Shown one piece after another: positions 28,358 to 37,585 of a DNA stretch of 64,000 bases. Under the pieces are notes generated by a model that was not told the DNA's origin, ran no database searches, and worked only from the letters and a program-made list of their open reading frames with translations. How positions within the stretch are numbered: position 1 is the first letter of the stretch; each line of letters begins with the position of its first letter. A program made the translations under genes and the position numbers. Source of the DNA: a virus; IMG/VR virus record IMGVR_UViG_3300047509_000103, positions 1 through 64,000 of that record; one strand, written 5' to 3'.

Positions 28358-28828
28358 ATGGGACGTGAAGTGAAACGAGTACCGATGGATTTTGATTTTC
28401 CGATTGGCGCGTCGTTCGCGGATGCTGAATACAACAAGCACTGCGCGACGTGTGACAAGGAAGACCATGACGATTGCGAGTGGCCTTTAAATGATCCGCC
28501 GACCGGCGAAGGTTGGCAGCTTTGGCAGACCGTTAGCGATGGTCCGATCAGTAAGGTCTACGCGACCGCCGATGAACTGATCGACTGGATGTGTCAGCCC
28601 GTGCCGAAGGAAAAACAAACACACAGTTGGCGTGATCCGCGCGAAAACCCGGAGTACCCGCACATGCCATGGGCGCAGGGCTGGCGCAGAGAAATAGCAG
28701 AGCCGTTTGTGAAACAATGTGGATGGGCACCGAGCATGATTGTCTGTGGGGGAAAGGTGATGGATGGCGCAACGGCAATGGTCGAAGGACTCGACAACTC
28801 GGTTAGTAATCCCGGTTCAACAGAGTGA
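28358..28828 (+). CDS. Hypothetical phage protein
   Basis: MGREVKRVPMDFD, PPTGEGWQLWQTVSDGPIS; GAGG RBS. Confidence 0.8.
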   Translation: MGREVKRVPMDFDFPIGASFADAEYNKHCATCDKEDHDDCEWPLNDPPTGEGWQLWQTVSDGPISKVYATADELIDWMCQPVPKEKQTHSWRDPRENPEYPHMPWAQGWRREIAEPFVKQCGWAPSMIVCGGKVMDGATAMVEGLDNSVSNPGSTE

Positions 28829-28900
28829 GGGATTTTCGCGCTCTTTCCATATGGCTGGATTTACTACCGGGATAACTAACCTAACTTGAGGAAAACTGAA

Positions 28901-29575
28901 ATGAAAGCAAAAGCGAAAACCAATGTAAAAGCGAAAACTGGCCCGATTGAAATTGCTGTGATTGCGGATCGTTCCGGATCGATGTTGTCAATCGTAGACG
29001 ACGCAATCGGCGGATTTAACGAGTTCCTTGCTCAGCAGAAGAAGGAAAAGGCACCGTCCAATGTGACGCTGCTGTTGTTCGATACCGCGTTCGACTACTA
29101 CTGCAAAAACCAGCCGGTCAAGGATGTTGTACCGCTGAATCGTACCACCTTCGTTCCGCGCGGTAGCACGGCTCTGAACGACGCCATTGGTCGCACGCTG
29201 GCTGACCTTGAGGCTCGCGCACCAGCAAAGGCCATCATCTGCATTCTGACTGACGGCCAGGAAAACGCCTCGCGCGAGTTCACGACTGCGCAAGTGAAAG
29301 AGAAAATCAAGGCAGCGGAAGCGCGCGGCTGGAACGTCGTGTATCTGGCCGCTAATCAGGACGCTTTTGCGGTCGGCGCTGCGTTCGGGATCAACGTACA
29401 GAACACCAGCAACATCCAGGCGACTGGCGCGGGCATGCGCGGATTCAGCGCATCTCTTTCAACCGCAACGCAAAACTATGCGGCGACCGGATCGGCAACG
29501 ATGAGTTCAACTGGAGAGTCAGCATCCATGCAAGCGACCTACGACGCAGCGCTCAAGAAACAAAAGGCGAGTTAG
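28901..29575 (+). CDS. von Willebrand factor A domain protein
   Basis: MIDAS DRSGSM, PRGSTALNDAIG, ILTDGQENAS, YLAANQDA. Confidence 0.9.
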   Translation: MKAKAKTNVKAKTGPIEIAVIADRSGSMLSIVDDAIGGFNEFLAQQKKEKAPSNVTLLLFDTAFDYYCKNQPVKDVVPLNRTTFVPRGSTALNDAIGRTLADLEARAPAKAIICILTDGQENASREFTTAQVKEKIKAAEARGWNVVYLAANQDAFAVGAAFGINVQNTSNIQATGAGMRGFSASLSTATQNYAATGSATMSSTGESASMQATYDAALKKQKAS

Positions 29576-29643
29576 TAATCCCACCGCCTGAGCGCGTTAG
29601 CTGTTCGCGCTTTTGACAAGCGCCTATTGAGAGAGGTGAGGAA

Positions 29644-29934
29644 GTGAAGCAGGTATTGGTGGAAGTGGATATAGGCTTCCATGGTGCGTGGGTTGTCCAT
29701 CGGCGCGTTGTCGATTGGTCTTATTGGAACGGTGACGTTTACCGCGCCATGATTCAGCAGGCGATTGACGAATACACGCGCATCTACGGATGGCGAGGTC
29801 CGCATGGAGCGAAGTGGATGCTGCAACACCGAGAAAACTGCGTTAGACATTCCGCAACGGGACCGTATGGCCCCATTCGCTTACCGACTGAACCAAAGCC
29901 TATTTCACTTATAGATTACGAGGCAACCCCATGA
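29644..29934 (+). CDS. Hypothetical protein
   Basis: GAGG RBS, GTG start. Confidence 0.55.
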   Translation: MKQVLVEVDIGFHGAWVVHRRVVDWSYWNGDVYRAMIQQAIDEYTRIYGWRGPHGAKWMLQHRENCVRHSATGPYGPIRLPTEPKPISLIDYEATP

Positions 29935-30254
29935 ACACATCAGCGGTCAAAACGGATAGGGCGAGCGTGGAGGCGATGGTGCAGTGGCTACGTGATTTCG
30001 GCTATCTTGATCATGGACGACTGCTAGAGGCCCTGCTCGCCGAGCGTGAGAAGGCGGACACGCAGTACGCGCTATTGCTGGCCGCGAGTAAACAGGGCGA
30101 GAAGGCGCACGAAATTCGCGCCAAGATTATTCACGAACTGGAAACCAAGCTCGCCGCCGCCGAAGCCGAGCGTGAGGCGCTGCGCAAGGGCGAGTACATT
30201 TGCAAAGAATGCGGGTTGCGCAAAAACGCACAGAGTGAGCCGGCGACGTTCTGA
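29931..30254 (+). CDS. Hypothetical protein
   Basis: Coiled coil plus C-terminal CxxC. Confidence 0.65.
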   Translation: MNTSAVKTDRASVEAMVQWLRDFGYLDHGRLLEALLAEREKADTQYALLLAASKQGEKAHEIRAKIIHELETKLAAAEAEREALRKGEYICKECGLRKNAQSEPATF

Positions 30255-31375
30255 TGAAAGCCCTGCGCCTCAAAGTTCACCCCGAATCGTGGCCTTGGCT
30301 AGATCAGGCAGCGCGAGAGGTCAATTTTGCTTGGAACTTCTCGAACGAAACTCGCCACAAAGCCGCGCACCCGTTCTTCGGTAAGCCACGCTACCTGTCT
30401 GGATGGGACCTGGACAAGCTGGCCACCGGAGCTGGCGAAGTCCTGAAACGGATCGGCACGGATACCATCTGCCGCGTCAATAGCGAGCTTGTAACCAAGT
30501 GCAAGGCAGTCCGGCGTTCAAGGCTGCGTTGGCGTGTCAGTGCTGGTCCGCGTCGTTCGCTTGGTTGGGTGCCGTTCAAGTCGGCCAACCTCCGCCGACA
30601 TGGCAACGCAATCCGATTCCGTGGCAAGACATTCCGCGTATTCAATGCCGGATTGCTCACTGGCGCGAAGCTGCGACAAGGGTCGTTTTCGCAGAATGCG
30701 CTTGGTGAATGGTTCATCAACATAGCGGTTGAAACCGCCTCTACGGACGTACCGGCAGAGCACGCCGTCGTCGGCATTGACCTTGGCCTCAAAAGCGCTG
30801 CAACAACGTCAGACGGCGACGTGCTTGAAGCCAGTCAGTTCTACCGCGGCATCGAGCCACGCATTGCCCAGGCGCAGCGTCGCGGCCACAAGCGGCAGGC
30901 TAAGCGGCTGCACCTGAAAGCTAAGAACCGGCGCGCTGACGCCCTGCATAAGTTCAGCACAAAGATCGTTGCGCAGTATCAGAACATCCGCATCGGCGAC
31001 GTGAGCAGTTCCAAGCTGGCGAAGACCAAGATGGCAAAGTCCGTCTTGGACGCTGGCTGGTACATGCTCAAAACGCAGCTTCAGTACAAGGGCCAGCAGG
31101 CCGGTCGCAGCGTTGAAGTGGTCGATGAGGCATACACAACACGCGCATGCAGCAACTGCGGAGCCTTAACCGGCCCAGCAGGTTTGGACATGCTCGCTGT
31201 AAGGTCGTGGCGCTGCTCGGATTGTGGAACCGAGCACGAGCGGGACGTTAACGCCGCTCGCAATATCGCCATGACCCCGCCGAGATGCCGGCGGCCATCT
31301 GCGGGAACGAGAGCCAGAACTGGCGTCACGAGGATCGAATCGCAGGCGGTTGAGCATCATCGGAGAATTTTATGA
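30254..31375 (+). CDS. tnpB: RNA-guided endonuclease TnpB (rearranged RuvC-II type), no transposase
   Basis: GIDLG (RuvC-I), IGDV / VDEAYTT, CSNCG..CSDCG zinc ribbon, RDVNAARNI (RuvC-III). Confidence 0.93.
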   Translation: MKALRLKVHPESWPWLDQAAREVNFAWNFSNETRHKAAHPFFGKPRYLSGWDLDKLATGAGEVLKRIGTDTICRVNSELVTKCKAVRRSRLRWRVSAGPRRSLGWVPFKSANLRRHGNAIRFRGKTFRVFNAGLLTGAKLRQGSFSQNALGEWFINIAVETASTDVPAEHAVVGIDLGLKSAATTSDGDVLEASQFYRGIEPRIAQAQRRGHKRQAKRLHLKAKNRRADALHKFSTKIVAQYQNIRIGDVSSSKLAKTKMAKSVLDAGWYMLKTQLQYKGQQAGRSVEVVDEAYTTRACSNCGALTGPAGLDMLAVRSWRCSDCGTEHERDVNAARNIAMTPPRCRRPSAGTRARTGVTRIESQAVEHHRRIL

Positions 31376-31385
31376 ATCAGGCAGA
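31275..31385 (+). ncRNA. Putative omegaRNA scaffold overlapping the tnpB 3' end
   Basis: CCGAGATGC (31280-31288) pairs with GCATCATCGG (31354-31363); inner CTGCG/CGCAG and GCCAG/CTGGC stems. Confidence 0.45.
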
Positions 31386-32925
31386 GCTGGCCAACATCGT
31401 TGCGGAGATGCGTTCGCAGGCAAATAATGAGTGGAACGACAAGCTTGGCAAGCACGCCGACAAAGACGACTTGAACGACTGGGCAGACCGTCTAACCGCC
31501 CTTGGGTCGCCTGCACCTAACGCGGAAGCACTCAGGGCGCTGGTTCGGAAGTGGCGTGCGCACTTTGGCGGCGACAGAATTGTTAGCGGCGAATGGAATC
31601 TTGGCTATACAGGCGCAGGAATCGAATGCGCGAACGAACTGGAAGCCGCCCTTGGGTCAGGCCCGGATGGGAAGATGGGTGAAGCGGGCGCATCCGGGCC
31701 AACTGAAACGCCAACCGTTGAGGCGTTGCGTGCGGCATTGCTGGAATGCGCGCGGATGGCTGAGGCGCTCAAGCTGCCGTGCGGCGATGATCCAGAAAGC
31801 GCGCAGGCGATTCGCAACGGACAGTATGCCTCGATAAGCCATGTGGCCCATATCGCACTCGGCACAATAAAAGGCGCGGCTATACAAACTTCTGCGCAAA
31901 TAGCATGGGATTTGCGCTATTCCATAGATTACATGATCACTTACCTTGAAGACGCCCCAACGGAAGTTGTGCGCAATTGGAAGCGCGTTGAGGCTTCTGC
32001 CAAGAAGGATGGTAAGCAACTCTCAGCGTTGAACGTGACTATGTGTGAAATACCTGATTTTTGGATATGCGTAGCCGGAGATGGTCGCGATGCTGAGTGC
32101 ACCATAGCATTCGGTCCTATCAAACGAGACGATCCGAACAAGGGGGAAGTCGAGCGCGAGCTATGCAATCAACACATAAACGATTTGCTGATTGAAGAAC
32201 CTGGCAAGCAATTTCACCTTGTCGCTGCTTACCTGCACCCGGCCTCACCCTCAACGCAGCGCGAGGAAGATCACTCCATCCCGCTTGGCACTGATGCTAT
32301 ACCCGACCTTCCTTTCGAGCTTGACGTACTCGCTGGTCATATTGGGCTAGTCGAAGACATCATTTGGGACGCTGAAAACCACGTACCCAATCACACAACA
32401 GATGCTGGTATTGGTGGCATCCGAGCGGTAGCGCAGAACCTACTTGGCGGAATGAAAGGAACGCAGGAACGTTTGCAAGCCTGCGTCGGCAAAGGAACCT
32501 CGCCGTCAAACGCTGAGAGTTGCTCAACTCAATCCCCGCTTCTCACAAAAGGTGTACCGGCAGGGGGTGAGGCGGAGCCGGTGGCGTGGCAATACCGCTA
32601 CATCGATCCGCAGGAAGGTCCGGGGTTGTGGCAATCGTTGCATGAGCAAAATTTGGAAACTATCAGGCGCAGAAAAGATCACGAAGTGCGTGCACTCTAC
32701 ACCCACCCACCGCTTGCGAAAGCCCCTTTGGGTGACATGGTGCTGGTGCCGAGGGAGCCGACGCAGGCAATGCGTGAAGCTGCCGCAAACGCGGCAGTAC
32801 CGGATAACGGTACGTTCTATTACCCATTTGACGCGAACGATATTCAGCATGCCTACAAAGCCATGATTGCTGCGGCACCGCCACCCGCTGAGCCTCACCC
32901 TGAAACGCCAAAGGGTGAGGAATGA
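31372..32925 (+). CDS. Mosaic phage hypothetical protein
   Basis: EPVAWQYR, RALYTHPP, VLVPREPT.AM..YKAMIAAAP modules. Confidence 0.75.
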   Translation: MNQAELANIVAEMRSQANNEWNDKLGKHADKDDLNDWADRLTALGSPAPNAEALRALVRKWRAHFGGDRIVSGEWNLGYTGAGIECANELEAALGSGPDGKMGEAGASGPTETPTVEALRAALLECARMAEALKLPCGDDPESAQAIRNGQYASISHVAHIALGTIKGAAIQTSAQIAWDLRYSIDYMITYLEDAPTEVVRNWKRVEASAKKDGKQLSALNVTMCEIPDFWICVAGDGRDAECTIAFGPIKRDDPNKGEVERELCNQHINDLLIEEPGKQFHLVAAYLHPASPSTQREEDHSIPLGTDAIPDLPFELDVLAGHIGLVEDIIWDAENHVPNHTTDAGIGGIRAVAQNLLGGMKGTQERLQACVGKGTSPSNAESCSTQSPLLTKGVPAGGEAEPVAWQYRYIDPQEGPGLWQSLHEQNLETIRRRKDHEVRALYTHPPLAKAPLGDMVLVPREPTQAMREAAANAAVPDNGTFYYPFDANDIQHAYKAMIAAAPPPAEPHPETPKGEE

Positions 32926-33179
32926 ACGTTGGCGACATGGTGATGCTTATTGGCTGCGACGACTTCATGCCGCCAATCGGCAGCGTTGGTGAAATCGTTG
33001 GAACCGACCTAACTGGCGGCATCTTTGACTTCGAGGTGCATTTCCCGGATCACCCGTGGCCCGGTTCGCGTGTCGATCCAACGTGGCCAAACTGGCTGAT
33101 ACCACCGTACTGGCTGATGAAAATCGAGCCGCCGAAACGAGCCGTCGTCAGCACGACTGTAGGGTCGAGCACAGCTTAA
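32922..33179 (+). CDS. Hypothetical protein
   Basis: GAGG RBS, overlap. Confidence 0.6.
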   Translation: MNVGDMVMLIGCDDFMPPIGSVGEIVGTDLTGGIFDFEVHFPDHPWPGSRVDPTWPNWLIPPYWLMKIEPPKRAVVSTTVGSSTA

Positions 33180-33212
33180 AATTCAGATGCGGGACACATT
33201 TGCACAAAACAC

Positions 33213-33241
33213 TTGACAGCGCGCTCGCAAAGGTTCAATTT
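33213..33241 (+). promoter_or_regulatory. Candidate late promoter (pR'-like)
   Basis: TTGACA at 33213-33218 with a weak -10, about 70 nt before a terminator. Confidence 0.45.
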
Positions 33242-33308
33242 CCCCATCCGGGATAAGAGGTAAACTCCCTCTACGTCCGCACACATTTGAATTTTTTACG
33301 ATCAGATG

Positions 33309-33339
33309 AGGCCCGCCAAGCGCGGGCCTTTTGCTTTTT
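33309..33339 (+). terminator. tR'-like terminator
   Basis: AGGCCCGC-CAAGC-GCGGGCCT-TTTGCTTTTT. Confidence 0.8.
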
Positions 33340-33439
33340 CCTGCCGCCCATATTGTCTGTCCTTCGGCAGAGACCTGGCCCACTGCGTGATCAGGCCGGT
33401 CTATTCGATTCACCCCGCAGCGGGCTCCAGACGGAATAC

Positions 33440-33560
33440 ACCTAGCAGCGCCGAGTGGCGCCGCGTCCCAATCGAGCGTTGTCTGGTACGGTGCGCAAAT
33501 TGCCATCGTCGCAAAACGGCTCGTGAATTAGGTTGGTTTAGAGGTTCAAAAGCCGCCTGA
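33440..33560 (+). pseudogene. C-terminal remnant of an HNH endonuclease
   Basis: IERCLVRCANCHRRKTARELGW with no N-terminal part. Confidence 0.55.
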
Positions 33561-33651
33561 TCCGAGGATACGCCGGGCGCCTTGTAACCGAAGCGCCCCG
33601 TCATTTTCAGGTCTGGCGACAACCGCGCCGACACCACAATCAGGAGTCACC

Positions 33652-34359
33652 ATGTCACGCACACCACCCGTACCCGCTATTGCACCCGAGTTCGACACCG
33701 TCACAGGCTGGGATAAGCACCCAAGCAAGGTTGGCGGTCTTCGCAACCGATTCGTCGCCGAAGCAATCGCTGACATCGCGGCCGCCGGCTCACCCGAGAT
33801 TGCAGCACACATCCCGCCGATCACCGTGGGCCGGTTCCTGATCGCGCCCGACAGCGGCACCAGCCTGCTCGAGCCGGATCTGGAGCGCTATCAGGTGCCC
33901 GACGCGGCGCAGGCGGCAGCCCTTGGCCTGACGGCGCAAGACCTTGTCCAGATTCGCGATAACCTGCGCCTGCTCAATGACTGGCAGGTATCCGTGTTCA
34001 AGGAGTCTGGCAAGTACGAAAGCAAGCCGCAGGACACCTACCGTGGCGAAGCCGGCCGCAGTGGATTCCCGAAGTACGTGCCGATCATGCAGCCGAAGTT
34101 TGGCCCGGACGGCAGCCCGGTCATGGCGACCATCTCGCCCATGGAAGCGGCACTCCAGTGGCAGTTCTACCACGCTTGTGTCGCCGAAGAGCAGACGAAT
34201 TGGGCTGGCCAGACGTATCTGGCCCATGGCCCCATCCAAGGCGATCACTTCGTCGCCGACTCGTGGTTCGATCTGCGCGACGGTCGCAACCTCGCGCGCT
34301 ACTACCGCAGCTGGGCCATCTCGTTCGGCGTCGACATCGATCCCGAACCGTCCACCTGA
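33652..34359 (+). CDS. Hypothetical protein, first late gene
   Basis: AGGAG RBS, 235 aa. Confidence 0.8.
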   Translation: MSRTPPVPAIAPEFDTVTGWDKHPSKVGGLRNRFVAEAIADIAAAGSPEIAAHIPPITVGRFLIAPDSGTSLLEPDLERYQVPDAAQAAALGLTAQDLVQIRDNLRLLNDWQVSVFKESGKYESKPQDTYRGEAGRSGFPKYVPIMQPKFGPDGSPVMATISPMEAALQWQFYHACVAEEQTNWAGQTYLAHGPIQGDHFVADSWFDLRDGRNLARYYRSWAISFGVDIDPEPST

Positions 34360-34362
34360 CTT

Positions 34363-34503
34363 GTGAGCGCCGCGGACAGCCAATGGTGGTTATGGGTAGG
34401 TATTGCCATGGCCATCATTGTCCCGGCGCTTTGCGGTTTGTTTTACCTGCATTGCCGCGAGAAGCGGCTCCAAGTCGACGAAAGCGACGCTGCAGGATGT
34501 TGA
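34363..34503 (+). CDS. Small single-TM protein
   Basis: My translation: VSAADSQWWLWVGIAMAIIVPALCGLFYLHCREKR... Confidence 0.45.
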   Translation: MSAADSQWWLWVGIAMAIIVPALCGLFYLHCREKRLQVDESDAAGC

Positions 34504-34516
34504 CTGGAGAACGGTT

Positions 34517-34672
34517 ATGAGCCTCGGCGCGATCTTGTTGATCATCCTGATCCTGGCGCTGGTCGGCGCCTTCCCGGCATGGGGTTACCACAATTACGGC
34601 TACTACCCTTCGGGTGGCGTTGGCCTGCTCCTGCTGATTGTCATCGTCCTGCTGGTGCTCGGCCGCATCTAG
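34517..34672 (+). CDS. DUF3309 family membrane protein
   Basis: MSLGAILLIILILALVGAFPAWGYHNYGYYPSGGVGLLLLIVIVLLVLGRI; GGAGA RBS. Confidence 0.88.
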   Translation: MSLGAILLIILILALVGAFPAWGYHNYGYYPSGGVGLLLLIVIVLLVLGRI

Positions 34673-35143
34673 GTGTATCCGCCCAGCTTGCAGGCTCTCG
34701 CCGATGGACGTCGGTGGGAAGGGTACTCGCTTGTCGTTTACCCAGACTCACGCGGTCTGCCGACGCAAGGGATCGGTCGTCACCACGGTGTGAACTTTGG
34801 TGATGCGCCAATTACCGATGCCATCGCCAGCCTGTGGTTCGCGCAAGACTGGCAGGATGGTTACGCGACCGCGCACGGGATGTTTCCAGCGATCGACACT
34901 ATCGATCAAGTGCGCCGCGAGTCACTGATTTGGATCCTGTTCAATATGGGGCAGGGCACGCTTTCTCAGTTCGTCGCGTTCATCCAGCACGTCAACGCTG
35001 GAGAGTGGCCAGAGGCCGCGTTCCACGTGCTGACGAATATGGCTCATCACTTGACGCCTTACGTGCAGCAGGTCGGCGCGCGCGCTGAAGAAACCGGACT
35101 ACGCATCGCCACTGGCGAAGTCTTATTGGAATTCAGAGCTTAG
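34673..35143 (+). CDS. Endolysin, GH24/T4-lysozyme-like
   Basis: E-x8-D-x5-T triad (EGYSLVVYPDSRGLPT), FNMG. Confidence 0.88.
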   Translation: MYPPSLQALADGRRWEGYSLVVYPDSRGLPTQGIGRHHGVNFGDAPITDAIASLWFAQDWQDGYATAHGMFPAIDTIDQVRRESLIWILFNMGQGTLSQFVAFIQHVNAGEWPEAAFHVLTNMAHHLTPYVQQVGARAEETGLRIATGEVLLEFRA

Positions 35144-35153
35144 GAGATCACTC

Positions 35154-35414
35154 ATGCATTACAGGAACGGCCGTGAGGCCAAGAACGGTGACAAGGTTGT
35201 ATCTCTGGCTGGCTACGGCAGCGGACCGGTCAACATCAATGCCATTGGCGTTCTGTTCGATGCCGCGCCCGGCAACGACTTCTGCAATGGCTACATCGCT
35301 TCGATCATTGGCGGCCCAGTCGTCGTCGCATGTATGTGCGATTGCCTGCATCTTGATGATCTTGCGGCCCTGATCGTCGCCGCCGGCCTGGACAAGCGCC
35401 CGCCCGGGAAATAG
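35154..35414 (+). CDS. Hypothetical protein
   Basis: MHYRNGREAKNGD; AGGAG RBS. Confidence 0.75.
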   Translation: MHYRNGREAKNGDKVVSLAGYGSGPVNINAIGVLFDAAPGNDFCNGYIASIIGGPVVVACMCDCLHLDDLAALIVAAGLDKRPPGK

Positions 35415-35416
35415 CC

Positions 35417-35626
35417 ATGAAAGCGGAAAACTTCTGCTTCTGGCTGCAAGGCTTCTTCGAGCTGACAGACCCGAAGCAAGTGACACCCGAACAGGCCGAG
35501 CAAATCAAGACGCATCTCGCGCTTGTGTTTCAGCACGATCCGGCGATGGCGCACAAAGCGCCACCGCCAATTCCGGTGCTGGTGCCGCACCGCACTCCCG
35601 GCCGCGAACCAGTGCTGTTCTGCTGA
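35417..35626 (+). CDS. Hypothetical phage protein
   Basis: NFCFWLQGFFEL..Q...IK.HL.LVF. Confidence 0.75.
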   Translation: MKAENFCFWLQGFFELTDPKQVTPEQAEQIKTHLALVFQHDPAMAHKAPPPIPVLVPHRTPGREPVLFC

Positions 35627-35627
35627 C

Positions 35628-35933
35628 ATGCGCACCGTATCCGGGATCTGCAACATGTGCGGGCGCCTAGCTCGCCAGCTCGAGCGATCGAAAGGCTGGA
35701 GCGTTGTGCAGATAGGCGTCACGCAATTGCAGATGCACCACGAGTGCGCTGAGCAGTATCGCGGCGACGGGTTGCTCCCGACAGCGACGTACAGGCGCCG
35801 CACGGATTCACTGCGTGAGCGAGTAGAGCGCGCTAATGCTGTTGAGACATTGCCGCGTCGCCGCCCGCGGCCGCCGGAAGGCAAGCTGTGGTTCGGCGGT
35901 CTGCGCGACGAACGCGCCCTTAACTTCCACTGA
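35628..35933 (+). CDS. Hypothetical protein
   Basis: CxxC, fills operon gap. Confidence 0.5.
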   Translation: MRTVSGICNMCGRLARQLERSKGWSVVQIGVTQLQMHHECAEQYRGDGLLPTATYRRRTDSLRERVERANAVETLPRRRPRPPEGKLWFGGLRDERALNFH

Positions 35934-35941
35934 GGCGGCAC

Positions 35942-36325
35942 ATGAAAGTCCAGTGCAACACTCGTTGCCAGCGCGTCATCGCGTACCTGCTGATCAAGCT
36001 GAACCAGCCCACGACATGGGCAGGGTTCGCGACCGCTGCAACCGCGTTTGGGATCAACTTCTCGCCCGAGAAGTGGCAGGTCATATCGACCACTGGCATG
36101 TCCGTCGTGTCCTTCTGCCTGTTCCTGGCGAGCGAAGGGCGAAACAAGCCGGACAACCCCAATCTGAGCACTGTGCTGAGGGGCGAAATGCCGCCGCCCA
36201 AGGCTGCCATCGTGCCGCCCAGCACCGATGGGATGGCAACGCTGACCCAAGCCCAGGTGAAAAGCGAGGTTGTGGATCCGGCCGGCGAAGTGCACGCGCA
36301 ACCTACGGACAAGCCAAATGGCTGA
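35942..36325 (+). CDS. Putative holin
   Basis: LNQPTTWAG, two hydrophobic segments, in lysis region. Confidence 0.6.
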   Translation: MKVQCNTRCQRVIAYLLIKLNQPTTWAGFATAATAFGINFSPEKWQVISTTGMSVVSFCLFLASEGRNKPDNPNLSTVLRGEMPPPKAAIVPPSTDGMATLTQAQVKSEVVDPAGEVHAQPTDKPNG

Positions 36326-36419
36326 CCTGATCGCATCGGCGCACTGGTGGCTACCACTGGTGCTTGGCGCCGGAGTCGAACTGATTCTCGGTTGGATGAA
36401 GATGCGGGGGCGCAGATGA

Positions 36420-36752
36420 ATGACAACGCCACTGGAACAAGCCGACCTCATCATCACGGAAGTGGAGGGGATTTTCGCAGACCCGACTTTGAACGCCGCC
36501 CAGCGGGCTGGCAGTCTCTTACCTTATGTGCCGAGGCTCCTAAACGCGACGAAGGATCTACGAGAATTCCATCTTGGGTACAGCTTGGAACATCGCCGCA
36601 TTTCCGCGCTGGTATCAAAGCTGCTGCGAACGATGCTCGACGCATCTACTGGGGAGCTGAAGTGGGTTGCGGACTTGCCGCCTGGGAAAGCGCCGGAATT
36701 CCGGCGTGCGTTGACTGACCTTCAAACCCATTTTAAGCAGACCCCAGTATGA
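36420..36752 (+). CDS. Hypothetical protein
   Basis: Overlapping operon gene. Confidence 0.6.
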   Translation: MTTPLEQADLIITEVEGIFADPTLNAAQRAGSLLPYVPRLLNATKDLREFHLGYSLEHRRISALVSKLLRTMLDASTGELKWVADLPPGKAPEFRRALTDLQTHFKQTPV

Positions 36753-37585
36753 CCACAGCGGCAGAGTACGCATGCCTTGCCGGTTACGCGGAAGCGATGA
36801 ATGCGGCAGGCTTGTTGGCGCCACCGATCGACACGCGCGCGAACGATTGGCAAATCGTCGGCTATATCACCGCCCAGAACGCGCTGTTCAACCTGCAGCG
36901 CGTTGGCGTCGGCCAGCGCGTGTTCTTCGGTTTCCACGCGTTCAGAATGTCCGATCCAAGAGAGCACGTCGTCGTCATACGCGGCACCGAGAGCGCGATC
37001 GAATGGATAGAGGACGCCGACGCGATACTGGCGCCGGGACCGCCCATCGGGTTAGTGCATCGTGGTTTCTGGAGCATCTACCAGAGCGCGCGATACTTCT
37101 CGCACGGCGCGCTTGGTGATGGCTTGCTCGCCGCGCAGGGCATCACCGCAGCAATGCCGATCGGCGCATCGGTGACATTCATCGGTCACAGCCTAGGCGG
37201 ACCAATAGCTACATACATGGTACATGACACCGCGCGTATTCCATTCGCCCCGCGGCAGCGTGAATTCTCTCTCGGTGCTGTGCTGTTCGCGAGCCCGCGC
37301 CCAGGCGACCGTGCCTACGTCGAGAACTTCGACGAGGTGGTCGGCAAGCTGAACTATTCATGTTACGCATACGAACGCGACCGCGTTCCGCACTTGCCGG
37401 TCTGGATTCCGACGCTGCCGTTCAAGTCACTGCTTGGCACGACATGGATCAAGCCATCGCAGTCGCAGGCAATCATCAGCGATACGCCTGGGTGCTGCCA
37501 TGCAGCCACGTCTTACGCACGAATGCTTGATTATGCTAGTGCCGACGGCACAAATAGCTGTGTATTGGGACCGAGACCCAGCTGA
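36749..37585 (+). CDS. Class 3 lipase (alpha/beta hydrolase)
   Basis: VVIRGT..EWIED, VHRGF..IY, GHSLGG, FASPRPGD, DRVPHLP, C-terminal His. Confidence 0.92.
   Translation: MTTAAEYACLAGYAEAMNAAGLLAPPIDTRANDWQIVGYITAQNALFNLQRVGVGQRVFFGFHAFRMSDPREHVVVIRGTESAIEWIEDADAILAPGPPIGLVHRGFWSIYQSARYFSHGALGDGLLAAQGITAAMPIGASVTFIGHSLGGPIATYMVHDTARIPFAPRQREFSLGAVLFASPRPGDRAYVENFDEVVGKLNYSCYAYERDRVPHLPVWIPTLPFKSLLGTTWIKPSQSQAIISDTPGCCHAATSYARMLDYASADGTNSCVLGPRPS

Larger units (their letters stand above)
28298..29612. repeat. Bipartite 43-bp motif, 3 full copies (28298-28340 +, 28801-28843 -, 29570-29612 -) and a half copy (28866-28881 +)
   Basis: RAGCGCGAAMA-box (14 nt), N20, TTACTAACY with identical spacing. 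Confidence 0.7.

Noticed and set aside
28801-28881. Integron attC site
   Set aside because: GTT box precedes the AAC box, the reverse of attC order, and no integron integrase is present
30254-31375. Nuclease-dead TnpB (TldR)
   Set aside because: Missing RuvC-II Glu is accompanied by the alternative Glu in VDEAY; both Asp residues are intact
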